A DNA stretch of 32,000 nt. Origin: Acaryochloris marina MBIC11017. Lineage in GTDB: Bacteria; Cyanobacteriota; Cyanobacteriia; Thermosynechococcales; Thermosynechococcaceae. The stretch covers positions 900,001 to 932,000 of the forward strand of contig NC_009925.1 of NCBI RefSeq assembly GCF_000018105.1, written 5' to 3'. A program made the translations under genes and the position numbers. Shown here one piece after another: positions 1-9,509 of this stretch; within the stretch, counting starts at the first letter, position 1, and the number at the start of each line of letters is the position of its first letter. The notes below the pieces were generated by a model that had not been told where the DNA came from, searched no databases, and worked only from the letters and a program-made list of their open reading frames with translations.

Positions 1-139
1 TTTGTCCTCACTATTAGCTGAGCAATTAGCGATGTAAAGGGAACTCAAAAAACCAAAAAGTAACACCAAACATATCCTTATCCCAAAAACGTAAAGGGTA
101 GAACTATGTAAGATCACAGGAGACCAAAGGGGCCAGTGG

Positions 140-3112
140 ATGAGTAATAATCACAAAGTTAGAATTTACGAGCTATCAAGAGAGTTAAATTTGGAGAACA
201 AAGACATTTTGGCAGTATGCGATCAGCTCAATATTGCTGTTAAAAATCACAGCAGTACGATTACTGAGGAAGAAGCCGCAAAAATTCGATCCGCTGCCAA
301 AAATCATCCATCTAGCCAAAAGCCAAATCAGCCCAACCGCAAGCCCACTGCTAAAGACGGCAATGCGCGCAAGCCCCGCCCTATTTCCAAGCCGGTCAAG
401 CAAGATCGCCCCAAGAAACAACAAATTCTTGAGCTGCGCAAACAACCCTCTAAACCCCCTGAAACACTAGCGTCCCCTCCATCCGTTAGTACAGCAGATG
501 CACCGGAGCCCTTACAGGCCCCCAAGCCTGTTCGTCCAGAACCCACCCGCGCTCCGGAAAGACCAGCTGCGGTTGAAAAGCCTGCCATCAAGCCACCCCC
601 TGTTGCCCCCGCGCCCAAACCCGCGAGCCCGACCTTGTCTCCTCCTGCACCTAAAGCAGAGAAGGTGCTAACCAAGCCTGCCACTCAGGTTCCCGAGATG
701 GTGAAGCCTCAGCTTCTGAGCAAGCCCACTTTAAATACACCTCCCAAACCCACTCGTCCAGAAGAGCCCAAAGTTAGTCCTAAACCCAGCGCTGCTGCGC
801 CAGTTGTGGAACCACCGGCCAAACCAGTGGTCACCGAACCGCCTCGTCCACGGCTCATTCGTCCCATTTCCATTACCAAAGCTAAACAGCAAGCAGAGAA
901 AGAGCTGGAAGCATCCACTGCCAAATCTGATGGTGGGGACGCAGCCAAAGATAACAATGACACGACTGAATTGCTCGTTCTCAAGCCGCCCACATCACGT
1001 CAGAAAAAAGATAAACGGTCCAATAAATCAGATGACCAATTAGAAGATCGGCCTACCAAGGCTTCGAAAGCGAGTCTGAAGCAGAAGCGCCGTACCCAAA
1101 AAGAGATGGAGGAGGACGAGGACGATCTCTTTGGTGCAGATGGTGCGAATAGCCAAGCGGCTGTTGATGTGAGTCAATCTTTGGTTCGTCCACCTAAGCC
1201 CAAATCAATGAAGCAGTCTAAACCCACGACTGTTCCTATCAACCGTAGCCCCGGTCCTTCTAAAGGTGGCAATCGACGACAACGGAATCGCTATCGTCAA
1301 CAGCAGGAAGTCGAGGTCGAACGGCCAACGCTCCTGACCTTAACCTCCGAGTTAACGGTTCAAGCCTTGGCTGCGGAACTCGTTGTTCCCGAAACTGAGG
1401 TGATCAAGATTCTCTTTATGAAGGGAATTGCTGCCAATATCAATCAGGTTTTAGATATTGAGACCGCCACAATGGTGGCGGAAGAACTAGATTGTGAAGT
1501 CGAAACCCAGGAAGAAGAATCTGAGGCCCGTAAAGTCTCAGAGATGCTGGATGTTGAAGATCTAGAGAAACTGCAAGCCCGTCCACCTGTGGTCACCATT
1601 ATGGGACACGTGGATCACGGTAAAACCACCCTCTTGGATGCGATTCGCGAAACGAAAGTTGCCCAAGGAGAAGCCGGTGGCATCACCCAACATATTGGGG
1701 CCTACCACGTTGACCTTCCCCATGAGGATGGGATACAACAGGTGGTCTTCCTAGATACACCGGGTCATGAAGCCTTCACCGCCATGCGGGCTCGGGGAAC
1801 CCGAGTGACGGATATTGCCATTCTGGTGGTTGCTGCCGATGATGGCGTCCGTCCCCAAACCCTGGAAGCCATTAGCCATGCTCGGGCAGCAGAAGTTCCG
1901 ATTATTGTTGCGATCAATAAGATCGACAAAGAAGGGGCTCAGCTGGACCGAGTTCGCCAAGAACTCAGTGAGCATAATCTAGTTCCTGAAGATTGGGGTG
2001 GCGAAACGGTGATGGTGCCCGTTAGTGCCCTGAAGGGAGAAAATCTCGATACACTGCTTGAAATGGTGCTGCTAGTCGCCGAAGTGGAAGATTTACAGGC
2101 TAATCCCGATCGTCCAGCTAAGGGCACGGTCATTGAAGCTCACTTAGATAAGGCCAAAGGTCCAGTGGCTAGCTTGCTAGTCCAAAACGGAACCCTCCGA
2201 GTCGGTGACGTATTGGTTGCCGGGTCTGTCTTCGGTAAAGTGCGAGCCATGGTTGACGATCGCGGTGCTCGCGTCGAGACTGCTAGCCCCTCCTTTGCCG
2301 TTGAGGTGCTGGGGATGAGTGAAGTCCCCGCAGCGGGTGAAGAATTTGAAGTCTTCGTAGATGAGAAAGAAGCCCGCTCTCAAGCGGGTCAGCGCACGGA
2401 TCAGCAACGCCATACCCGTCTACAGCAGGCCATGGCTTCTCGGCGAGTCTCCCTCAATGCCTTGTCTGAACAGGCCCGTGAAGGAGAACTAAAAGAGCTG
2501 AACCTAATTATCAAAGCAGATGTACAGGGGTCTCTGGAGGCTCTGTTAGGGTCTCTGGCTCAACTGCCTCAGAATGAAGTTCAAGTTCGTGTATTACTGT
2601 CCGCTCCCGGCGAAATCAGCGAAACAGATGTGGATTTAGCCTCTGCCAGTGGTGCCGTCATTATTGGTTTCAACACCAGCTTAGCCAGTGGGGCTCGCCA
2701 AGCCGCCGATCAGGCTGGGGTGGATATTCGTGAGTACGACATTATCTATAAGCTCTTAGAAGATATTGAAGGGGCGATGGAAGGTCTGCTCGAACCTGAA
2801 TTTGTGGAGGAAGACTTAGGCGAAGCCGAAGTTCGGGCCGTATTCCCTGTGGGACGAGGTGCGATCGCAGGTTGCTACATTCAGTCTGGGAAATTGGTGC
2901 GGAATTGTCGCATCCGCATCCAGCGAGGCAATGACGTGGTCTTTGAAGGTATCCTAGATTCCCTCAAGCGCATGAAAGATGATGTCCGTGAAGTGAACTC
3001 AGGTTATGAATGTGGTGTGGGCGTCGATAACTTCAGTGGCTGGACTGAAGGCGATCGAATTGAAGCCTATCAGATGGTGACGAAGCGGAGAACCCTATCC
3101 GCAGCGACCTAG
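140..3112 (+). CDS. infB: Translation initiation factor IF-2
   Basis: 990-aa ORF. IF2 N-terminal motif [17 protein letters not shown]. GTPase motifs [17 protein letters not shown] and NKID. A long Pro/Lys/Ala-rich linker lies between the N-terminal domain and the G domain. Confidence 0.97.
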   Translation: MSNNHKVRIYELSRELNLENKDILAVCDQLNIAVKNHSSTITEEEAAKIRSAAKNHPSSQKPNQPNRKPTAKDGNARKPRPISKPVKQDRPKKQQILELRKQPSKPPETLASPPSVSTADAPEPLQAPKPVRPEPTRAPERPAAVEKPAIKPPPVAPAPKPASPTLSPPAPKAEKVLTKPATQVPEMVKPQLLSKPTLNTPPKPTRPEEPKVSPKPSAAAPVVEPPAKPVVTEPPRPRLIRPISITKAKQQAEKELEASTAKSDGGDAAKDNNDTTELLVLKPPTSRQKKDKRSNKSDDQLEDRPTKASKASLKQKRRTQKEMEEDEDDLFGADGANSQAAVDVSQSLVRPPKPKSMKQSKPTTVPINRSPGPSKGGNRRQRNRYRQQQEVEVERPTLLTLTSELTVQALAAELVVPETEVIKILFMKGIAANINQVLDIETATMVAEELDCEVETQEEESEARKVSEMLDVEDLEKLQARPPVVTIMGHVDHGKTTLLDAIRETKVAQGEAGGITQHIGAYHVDLPHEDGIQQVVFLDTPGHEAFTAMRARGTRVTDIAILVVAADDGVRPQTLEAISHARAAEVPIIVAINKIDKEGAQLDRVRQELSEHNLVPEDWGGETVMVPVSALKGENLDTLLEMVLLVAEVEDLQANPDRPAKGTVIEAHLDKAKGPVASLLVQNGTLRVGDVLVAGSVFGKVRAMVDDRGARVETASPSFAVEVLGMSEVPAAGEEFEVFVDEKEARSQAGQRTDQQRHTRLQQAMASRRVSLNALSEQAREGELKELNLIIKADVQGSLEALLGSLAQLPQNEVQVRVLLSAPGEISETDVDLASASGAVIIGFNTSLASGARQAADQAGVDIREYDIIYKLLEDIEGAMEGLLEPEFVEEDLGEAEVRAVFPVGRGAIAGCYIQSGKLVRNCRIRIQRGNDVVFEGILDSLKRMKDDVREVNSGYECGVGVDNFSGWTEGDRIEAYQMVTKRRTLSAAT
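2861..2868. repeat. HIP1 octamer GCGATCGC
   Basis: Exact GCGATCGC read in sequence (inside infB). Confidence 0.95.
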
Positions 3113-3322
3113 CCTGAATCCTTCATTTTCTGTATTCCCGGTCACACTCTCAAGCATCTAAGTTAAGTATGCTGGAGACAAGTTTAAGCGAATCTTAAAG
3201 GGTTGCCCCACCCTCTTAGATCCAGGGAGCAGATGGATCTTTGAAAGTACTTCTTCTTCATTTTCTTTTGATGCAAGGTGTGCATGGGCCCATAAACTCA
3301 GCTATTCTAAAAGAAGAGTTAT

Positions 3323-3571
3323 ATGCTGAGTGATTATTCCTCACCTATTTGGAAGACAGTTATGAGTCCTCTTTCGTCTCCTACAGCTAATCATTATCTC
3401 TCTGATGATTCAGAGCTATTCTGGCCTGATCTCAAGCAAGTCATCTCCAGTAGCTCCGGCTTTAAGCGCTGGGTGCTTGAGCGCGGATTAGATGCAAATG
3501 CCCAAGGCAAGACCCTAGAAGTGTTGGTTCGGTCCTACCTCAAGCAGACCCTAGAGACCTTAGCCTATTAA
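3323..3571 (+). CDS. Hypothetical small protein (82 aa)
   Basis: ATG-initiated ORF in an otherwise empty gap, preceded by a purine-rich stretch (aaaagaagag). I recognise no motif. An alternative start at Met14 is possible. Confidence 0.4.
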   Translation: MLSDYSSPIWKTVMSPLSSPTANHYLSDDSELFWPDLKQVISSSSGFKRWVLERGLDANAQGKTLEVLVRSYLKQTLETLAY

Positions 3572-3600
3572 TCCATTGGGCCTAGTCTCTGATGGATTAA
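3568..3600. terminator. Possible bidirectional hairpin between convergent genes
   Basis: 9-bp inverted repeat TTAATCCAT (3568-3576) / ATGGATTAA (3592-3600) with a 15-nt loop. It sits between the stop of the 82-aa ORF and the stop of the minus-strand GT2 gene. The stem is AT-rich and there is no clean U-tract. Confidence 0.3.
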
Positions 3601-3605
3601 GCGCC

Positions 3606-4625
3606 TTATTTATATTCCACAATTTGCTGTGTTCGACCTGCGATCCGGTGCCAATGGAACTGGAGTTGCCCTTGGGCTTCTGGGATCTTACCCATTACAC
3701 AGAATAGTGCATATGTTGCAGATGCTGACCAAGAATGCTTGGAGTGCTGTGTCCAGCATATCTTTGCAGCTAGCAATACATAAACTACCCCACCTGCTAG
3801 ACTCCATCCTTGGCTCCCAGGCAAAGTTGCCAACAGAGTAATGGGCAGGATAAATCCCCAGATCCAGCTCCGCAGACTTTCTTGCACCCAATGGCGTTCA
3901 GGAGGTGCCCCATGGAGCCATGCTCCTTCTGCATAGGCATGTCCGGCCCGAACGGTACGCTGCCACCATTGATTAAACTGGGTGATTTGGGCATCATGCC
4001 AGGTCATATCAGCATCAATGCGAAGAATACGCCAATGGTTGCGCCGCAGCCGCAGGCAGAGTTCTGGTTCCTCTCCAGCAATCAAAGAATCTCGATATCC
4101 GTCCACTTGTTGAAGGGCTGAAATCCGCATCAGGGCGTCTCCACCACAAGCTAGTGCTTCGCCAATGGGCGTGTCCCATTCCATATCACAGAGCAGATTA
4201 TAGACAGACTGTTCAGGAGATTTTTCTCGTCGCCGACCACATACGACCGCCACATCGGGATGCATTACTACTGTAGCTAGGGCGGTGGTGCACCAATCGG
4301 GGGCTAACTGGCAGTCCCCATCCATAAACTGGATAAACGTCAGCTGGGGATATTCGGTGCAAAGATATGTATATCCAGTATTGCGTGCCCGAGCTGCCGT
4401 AAAGGGAATGGATAAATCTAAGGTTAACACTGTGATTCCTAGATCCGTTGCCCAGGTGGCACTGTCATCTGTAGAACCGGAGTCCACATAAACAATATGG
4501 GCGATAGGAACCTGTGCGATCGCAGATATCAAACAGGCTTTCAGACGTGCCCCTTCGTTACGACCAATGGCCACTAAGCCAATGGTTTGTTCTGCGGGTG
4601 CGGGTTCAACTACGTCCTGAGGCAT
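3606..4625 (-). CDS. Glycosyltransferase family 2 with C-terminal membrane segment
   Basis: 339-aa ORF. GT-A N-terminus: VAIGRNEGARL...IVYVDSGSTDDS, then FMDGDC (DxD-like). Hydrophobic helices near the C-terminus. It lies 27 nt downstream of the acetyltransferase gene on the same strand. Confidence 0.85.
   Translation of the reverse strand: MPQDVVEPAPAEQTIGLVAIGRNEGARLKACLISAIAQVPIAHIVYVDSGSTDDSATWATDLGITVLTLDLSIPFTAARARNTGYTYLCTEYPQLTFIQFMDGDCQLAPDWCTTALATVVMHPDVAVVCGRRREKSPEQSVYNLLCDMEWDTPIGEALACGGDALMRISALQQVDGYRDSLIAGEEPELCLRLRRNHWRILRIDADMTWHDAQITQFNQWWQRTVRAGHAYAEGAWLHGAPPERHWVQESLRSWIWGFILPITLLATLPGSQGWSLAGGVVYVLLAAKICWTQHSKHSWSASATYALFCVMGKIPEAQGQLQFHWHRIAGRTQQIVEYK
4516..4523. repeat. 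HIP1 octamer GCGATCGC
   Basis: Exact GCGATCGC read in sequence (inside the GT2 gene). Confidence 0.95.
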
Positions 4626-4652
4626 ATAAGTATTATGCTAATGCTAGCGTTC

Positions 4653-5201
4653 CTACTCTCCACTCGGGATAGGGAGACGATGAGGGGTCAAGATTTTAGC
4701 TGGGATGCCCACTGCTGTCTCTCCAGATGGAACGTTCGACAAAACAACTGCATTCGCCCCGATATTGACATCATTCCCCAGCACCACATCTCCCAGAATT
4801 TTAGCGCCTGCCCCAACATTCACTCGTGCTCCCAGCTTAGGGGCATCAAAAGGGTGTTCTAGGTAGCGATTCCCTAAGGTAACGCCCTGACGAATAATAC
4901 AGTCATCGCCAATCTCGCTATCCCCATGAATAACGATGGCTCCTTGATGCTCAATGACGACCCGGCGCCCTAATTTGACGGTGTAGGGTAAATCAATTCC
5001 ATAGACATTGCGAATGTAGCGGTAATGTCCCCGATAAATCAGACTAAAAGGGGCCCGAATCAGCTTCGGCTGAATTTGCATCCGCCACCCCCCAAACCGA
5101 TGCACGGCAACTGCGCGAAATCCCGGTTTGGTCCAGTCCGACTGATGGGCTCGCCAGTCTTCAATAATTTGTTGCCAGAGGCTTAAATCCCGCTGCGACA
5201 T
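4653..5201 (-). CDS. Left-handed beta-helix (hexapeptide-repeat) O-acetyltransferase, serine-acetyltransferase-like
   Basis: 182-aa ORF. Hexapeptide repeats: IGDDCIIRQGVTLGN...LGARVNVGAGAKILGDVVLGNDVNIGANAVVLSNVPSGETAVGIPAKIL. The N-terminus (IIEDWRAHQSDW..PGFRAVAVHRF) is typical of CysE/WcaB-like enzymes found in polysaccharide clusters. Confidence 0.85.
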   Translation of the reverse strand: MSQRDLSLWQQIIEDWRAHQSDWTKPGFRAVAVHRFGGWRMQIQPKLIRAPFSLIYRGHYRYIRNVYGIDLPYTVKLGRRVVIEHQGAIVIHGDSEIGDDCIIRQGVTLGNRYLEHPFDAPKLGARVNVGAGAKILGDVVLGNDVNIGANAVVLSNVPSGETAVGIPAKILTPHRLPIPSGE

Positions 5202-6178
5202 TGTCCCCCCTTAATCAAAGCACTATTGCAGAAGAAGTCTTGTAGAAGGTAGGGGGGATCGACTTGAGGTTTGTGCTGGACAAACTGCCGAAGCTGCCAG
5301 AGGGAATATCCCCCCAACCATGCTAAATCCGTCAGAACCGAATACAAATGACTGTGGTGTTTGTGGAAGTATCGATGGCGAGAGTCAAACCAATATTGAG
5401 GTCGTCGCTGTTGGGTCGCTTGGGCTCCCGTTACCCCTGAACTTTGCCCGACCAGATGAACCACACGACTGTCGGGGACATACCAACAGGTCCAAGCTGC
5501 TCGTCTTGCCCTGAGGCAAAAATCAACTTCCTCGTAATACATAAAGAACTCGTCATCCAGCAGCCCAATTTGCTCAAAGACCTGGCGTCGAATCATCATG
5601 CTGGCCCCGGCTAACCAATCTGTGGAGATCGCCTGCTCAGGAATCGGCGGGGCTAATATCCACCTGGATAGAACTTTAGACACCAGTCCTAACCGTAACC
5701 CCTGATCTAGCTCACTCCAGATGGTATGGAATCGAAAGGCTGAATATTGAGGGGTACCATCTAAATGCTCTAGGCGGCTGCCCGCGATGCCCACATCAGG
5801 GTGTAGTTTGAGAAATGCTAGTAATGTCTTGAGGGCTCCAGGGCGAACCACCGTATCGGGGTTTAACAACCAAATATAGTCAGGGGGTTGAGCCGACTTG
5901 AGTGCAGGACCAATCACGGCATTATTGCCCGCCGCAAACCCCCCGTTGGTGTCGAGGGCTTGGAGCGACACCCACTCTTGCCAATGATGGGATGCGATCG
6001 CATCCTGCAATACAGTAACGGATCCATCCCCAGACTGATTATCAACAACGACAACCCGCGTATTCCCATGGCGTTTCACCTCTGCTTGCAAAGACTGCAA
6101 ACAATCGATCGTTAGCTGGGGCGTTCGATAATTGACAATCACAACCAGCAAAGAAGGTGATGGTGGCTCTAACATCAA
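5183..6178 (-). CDS. Glycosyltransferase family 2 (rhamnosyltransferase-like)
   Basis: 331-aa ORF. Motifs LLVVIVNYRTPQLTIDCLQSL, VVVVDNQSGDGS and DEFFMYYEEVDFCLRARRAAW are classic GT2 motifs. Its 3' end overlaps the acetyltransferase start by 19 nt. Confidence 0.9.
   Translation of the reverse strand: MMLEPPSPSLLVVIVNYRTPQLTIDCLQSLQAEVKRHGNTRVVVVDNQSGDGSVTVLQDAIASHHWQEWVSLQALDTNGGFAAGNNAVIGPALKSAQPPDYIWLLNPDTVVRPGALKTLLAFLKLHPDVGIAGSRLEHLDGTPQYSAFRFHTIWSELDQGLRLGLVSKVLSRWILAPPIPEQAISTDWLAGASMMIRRQVFEQIGLLDDEFFMYYEEVDFCLRARRAAWTCWYVPDSRVVHLVGQSSGVTGAQATQQRRPQYWFDSRHRYFHKHHSHLYSVLTDLAWLGGYSLWQLRQFVQHKPQVDPPYLLQDFFCNSALIKGGQCRSGI
5990..6005. repeat. HIP1 octamer within a 16-bp perfect palindrome
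   Basis: GGATGCGATCGCATCC; the core GCGATCGC is at 5994-6001. Confidence 0.95.
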
Positions 6179-6437
6179 TCAAGGGGTTCGCTGAAGGGAA
6201 TAGGCCTTTCCTATTTCTAACATTCGTAAAGAGACTGAGTAATATTCCTCTGACAAATCTCTGACAATCGCCAAGGTCTTCCTCTACAACACCTCTATTC
6301 TTTGTCCAATAGTAGGCTTAGAGCGAGACTCGTGTCTTATCAGGACTTGAACATTTATCCATGAGTATTCGTTGGGCTATTAGCCAACTCAACCCCCTCG
6401 CAATAGGACGTGGAGCTACGAGGGCCAAATCCTATCT

Positions 6438-6821
6438 TCAGCCGCTAGTGGAAATGCAAGGTGTGAAGTAAGGCGATAGCTCTGGAGGCATCGCTTTTGG
6501 ATCGTTTTTAATACTGGCTTGGGCTTTCGTAAAGATTTGAATCGCCTGCACTTGTGAATGCTGCTGTTGCATTTGTGAAATCGAGCATTGGCAAATCTGG
6601 GAGGCTTTATCAGCAGTATCCCCTTTCACTTCTCTTAATTTTTTAGTGCACTCGTAAGTATATAAACGCACCAATTGGGGGTTATAGGTATATTTGGCAG
6701 ATGTAATTTGAGTCGGGCTTTCGTGGTGAGCCTTTGCCTGACTCGGAAGCAAAAGACTAGAACACCCTACTGTACTCGCAACAGTTAGGGTGATGGATAA
6801 AGCTCGGATAGAACGAACCAT
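6438..6821 (-). CDS. Small secreted Cys-rich protein, probable lipoprotein (127 aa from the internal Met)
   Basis: The ORF track gives 6438..6863. The ATG at 6821 is preceded on the minus strand by AGGAG 8 nt upstream (cacttacAGGAGaagttttATG). The N-terminus MVRSIRALSITLTVASTVGC looks like a signal peptide with a lipobox-like TVGC. Five further Cys residues follow. The gene is AT-rich. Confidence 0.6.
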   Translation of the reverse strand: MVRSIRALSITLTVASTVGCSSLLLPSQAKAHHESPTQITSAKYTYNPQLVRLYTYECTKKLREVKGDTADKASQICQCSISQMQQQHSQVQAIQIFTKAQASIKNDPKAMPPELSPYFTPCISTSG

Positions 6822-7203
6822 AAAACTTCTCCTGTAAGTGAAAAGAGTGAAGAACAACACCAAGGAATCGGCCTGCTTTGGAACTGAATAATCGAACCTT
6901 TGTAATCTTAGGTTGATAATTCATCTATTTAAGCCTTCCCTGCGACAAAGCGCTATTTAAGTTAAACAATTTAGTTTATTTTTGACACATTTCATCATAT
7001 TTGCAGTACTTCTTGCATGATGTGTCTTACTTCTAGGATGTTCCCGAGCTCACCTTAATTTGTCAATTGTTATGAAGCGTGATGAAATTATTTGGAGCAA
7101 GGCTATCCACCTCAAGAGATGGATTCCTCTACATTTCTCATAAGTTCTGCTACCAATACCCAGGTACTATTGAGAAGCAAAGCCACTCGTCAACGTTTTC
7201 CCT

Positions 7204-7551
7204 ATGTCATCCGCACAACTGCGATTAAATTTAATAGAAGGATCCGTTACTTTTAGTTTTACTGCCGAAGCAGCCCAAGAATTTAAAGCTTCTATTGCAA
7301 CCTTAATGACCAGCCTGAAGGCCGTTGCCAATAAAACACCTGGAGAAAAGGTGCAACCCCAGCCCTCCATGGAGTATCAATATACCGGGGACGTTTTCTT
7401 GGAATGCTTTTGCAACCCTAATATTTGGCCAAGTCCTTTTGCGGCAAAAGTTCTAATTACTGTGAGAGATGATCGAATTCGGCTCACAACCGAAGCTGAA
7501 CTGACCCGTACCATCGAAGATCTGAATGAGTTTATTGAAGCAAACAAATAA
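7204..7551 (+). CDS. Hypothetical protein (115 aa)
   Basis: ATG ORF that fills the gap upstream of petL. I recognise no motif and see no obvious SD. The opposite-strand ORFs 7167..7370 and 7377..7595 look like shadows of this one. Confidence 0.5.
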   Translation: MSSAQLRLNLIEGSVTFSFTAEAAQEFKASIATLMTSLKAVANKTPGEKVQPQPSMEYQYTGDVFLECFCNPNIWPSPFAAKVLITVRDDRIRLTTEAELTRTIEDLNEFIEANK

Positions 7552-7696
7552 GTCAATTCAGGCGTTGCTTTTGGGCAGATAGATCCAACCCCCAACTCTG
7601 CATCAAACTTGGACAGGTGGGATCGACATCCGATAAGCTACTCAAGAGTGGGATATTACAATCGTTCACTTTTAAGTTCTAGTTAGAGGTATCAGC

Positions 7697-7789
7697 ATGG
7701 GTTTTGTCGCCTACGTATTATTTATCAGTCTTTTTACAGGCATGGCTCTCGGTCTTTATTTTGGTCTCAAGGCCGTCAAACTGATCTAG
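7697..7789 (+). CDS. petL: Cytochrome b6f complex subunit PetL (30 aa)
   Basis: Hand translation gives MGFVAYVLFISLFTGMALGLYFGLKAVKLI*. It is a single TM helix whose ...FTG.A.GL.FGL...K(L/I)(I/L) C-terminus matches cyanobacterial PetL as I remember it. GAGG lies 7 nt upstream of the ATG. The ORF is shorter than the 60-aa ORF-track cutoff. Confidence 0.8.
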   Translation: MGFVAYVLFISLFTGMALGLYFGLKAVKLI

Positions 7790-7806
7790 GACAAGGGCAT
7801 TCCTCT

Positions 7807-7855
7807 GAAAGCTTGGCCGGAATATAGGATTCCCCAAGCTTTCGGCCATGATTTT
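7807..7855 (+). terminator. Probable rho-independent terminator after petL
   Basis: GAAAGCTTGG (7807-7816) pairs with CCAAGCTTTC (7834-7843). The stem is extended by GGAAT (7819-7823) pairing with ATTCC (7829-7833) after a 2-nt bulge, leaving a 5-nt loop. A TTTTT run begins 8 nt after the stem. Confidence 0.45.
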
Positions 7856-7983
7856 TCGTTCGAGAATGCCCCAAACCTTTTCTTTAGTTGACCAAGATTG
7901 CGGTTGCGATCACACCTGCCATTCGTTCTCCTCCCCAAACCTTCTAAAATAGGGAAGAGTTATTGCAATAAGGCAAACGCTAC

Positions 7984-9468
7984 ATGGTCACAAAGGCTCC
8001 TGCAAAGACTGAATACGAAGCGGTGATTGGTTTAGAGACCCATTGCCAGCTCAGTACAAAAACCAAAATCTTTTGTAACTGCTCCACTGCCTTTGGCGCA
8101 GATCCAAATCACCAAGTTTGCTCAATCTGCATGGGTATGCCAGGTGTTTTACCTGTCCTCAACGAAACCGTTTTAGAATATGCCGTCAAGGCAGGTCGCG
8201 CCCTTAATTGTGAGATTGCTAAATACAGCAAATTCGACCGGAAGCAATACTTTTACCCCGACCTGCCCAAAAACTATCAAGTCTCCCAATTTGACTTACC
8301 CATTGCCGAGCATGGTTGGTTAGAAGTCGAAATTGTTGATGAACAAGGGGAAGCCACCCGCAAAAAAATCGGCATTACCCGTCTACATATGGAAGAAGAT
8401 GCGGGCAAATTGGTCCATGGCGGCAGCGATCGCCTAGCCGGCTCCACCCACTCTCTGGTGGACTTTAACCGAACTGGCATCCCTCTCATAGAGATTGTCT
8501 CTGAACCCGATATGCGCACGGGGTTAGAAGCCGCCGAATATGCCCAAGAGATTCGCCGAATTGTTCGATATCTCGGGGTGAGTGACGGCAATATGCAAGA
8601 AGGTTCCCTGCGATGCGACGTCAATATTTCTGTTCGTCCTCGGGGACAGAAAGAATTTGGCACCAAAGTAGAAATCAAGAATATGAACTCCTTTAGTGCC
8701 ATTCATCGAGCCATCGACTATGAAATTGCTCGTCAAATTGAAGCCATTGAAACCGGTGAACCCATTATTCAAGAAACGCGGCTATGGGAAGAAGGCGCAC
8801 AACGAACCATTGGCATGCGCAGCAAAGAAGGCTCCAGTGACTATCGATATTTCCCAGAACCAGACCTAACCCCCATTGAAGTTGCCCCCAGTCTGCTCAA
8901 GCAATGGCAATCTGAATTACCTGAACTGCCTGCCGCCAAGCGTCATCGGTATGAGGAAGAGATTGGGTTGTCCCCTTATGACACCCGTATCCTCACGGAT
9001 GATCACGCCATCACTCAATATTTCGAGGCAACCTTAAAAGCAGGCGCTTCGGCCAAACAGGCAGCAAACTGGCTAATGGGAGATATCACTGGCTACCTCA
9101 ACAACGAGAGCTTATCCATTACAGACATTGCCTTAACCCCTGAAGCCTTAGCTGAGCTCATTGAGCTTATCGAAGCCAACACCATCAGTGGCAAAATTGC
9201 CAAAGAGCTTTTGCCTGAGCTGCTGACAAAAGGCGGTTCTCCTAAAAAACTAGTTAAAAAGAAAGGACTCACTCAGATCTCGGATGCCGCTACCTTAGAA
9301 TCTTTGATTGATGAAGTATTAGCAGCCCATCCCCAAGAGCTGGAACAATACCGCAATGGTAAAACTAAACTGCAAGGCTTTTTCATGGGACAAGTCATGA
9401 AACGCACTAGTGGACGGGCAGATCCTAAAGCCACGAATCAAATGTTGGCTAAAAAGTTGAAAGGTTAG
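7984..9468 (+). CDS. gatB: Asp-tRNA(Asn)/Glu-tRNA(Gln) amidotransferase subunit B
   Basis: 494-aa [38 protein letters not shown] and the C-terminal YqeY-like tail ([15 protein letters not shown]) are GatB hallmarks. Confidence 0.97.
   Translation: MVTKAPAKTEYEAVIGLETHCQLSTKTKIFCNCSTAFGADPNHQVCSICMGMPGVLPVLNETVLEYAVKAGRALNCEIAKYSKFDRKQYFYPDLPKNYQVSQFDLPIAEHGWLEVEIVDEQGEATRKKIGITRLHMEEDAGKLVHGGSDRLAGSTHSLVDFNRTGIPLIEIVSEPDMRTGLEAAEYAQEIRRIVRYLGVSDGNMQEGSLRCDVNISVRPRGQKEFGTKVEIKNMNSFSAIHRAIDYEIARQIEAIETGEPIIQETRLWEEGAQRTIGMRSKEGSSDYRYFPEPDLTPIEVAPSLLKQWQSELPELPAAKRHRYEEEIGLSPYDTRILTDDHAITQYFEATLKAGASAKQAANWLMGDITGYLNNESLSITDIALTPEALAELIELIEANTISGKIAKELLPELLTKGGSPKKLVKKKGLTQISDAATLESLIDEVLAAHPQELEQYRNGKTKLQGFFMGQVMKRTSGRADPKATNQMLAKKLKG
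8426..8433. repeat. HIP1 octamer GCGATCGC
   Basis: Exact GCGATCGC read in sequence (inside gatB). Confidence 0.95.
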
Positions 9469-9509
9469 ACTTGTGCTTACATCGGAAATCATAAAGCTTT
9501 TGAGTAGAC

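Noticed and set aside
1-21. Possible 3' end of an upstream gene (frame 1 reads FVLTIS then TGA at 19-21); nusA/ylxR usually precede infB
   Set aside because: Seven codons are too few to support any call.
328-993. Minus-strand ORFs of 118 aa and 94 aa (328..684, 709..993), and plus-strand alternative-frame ORFs, inside the infB linker region
   Set aside because: They lie entirely within the high-confidence infB frame. They are Gly/Ala/Ser/Leu low-complexity mirrors of the Pro/Lys-rich coding strand and have no start context.
7072-7143. 23-codon ORF (MKRDEIIWSKAIHLKRWIPLHFS) and a 36-codon ORF at 6361-6471 in intergenic regions
   Set aside because: No SD, no hydrophobic or known-minigene character (unlike petL), and the second overlaps the end of the lipoprotein gene.
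8277-8772. Antisense ORFs of 141 aa and 82 aa inside gatB; also 19677..20162 (161 aa) inside pyk, 13834..14283 (149 aa) and 14692..15066 inside the ClC gene, and 28061..28393 inside the Cu ATPase
   Set aside because: All are embedded opposite strongly motif-supported genes. Their compositions are Arg/Ser/Pro-rich, typical of antisense frames, and I recognise no motifs.
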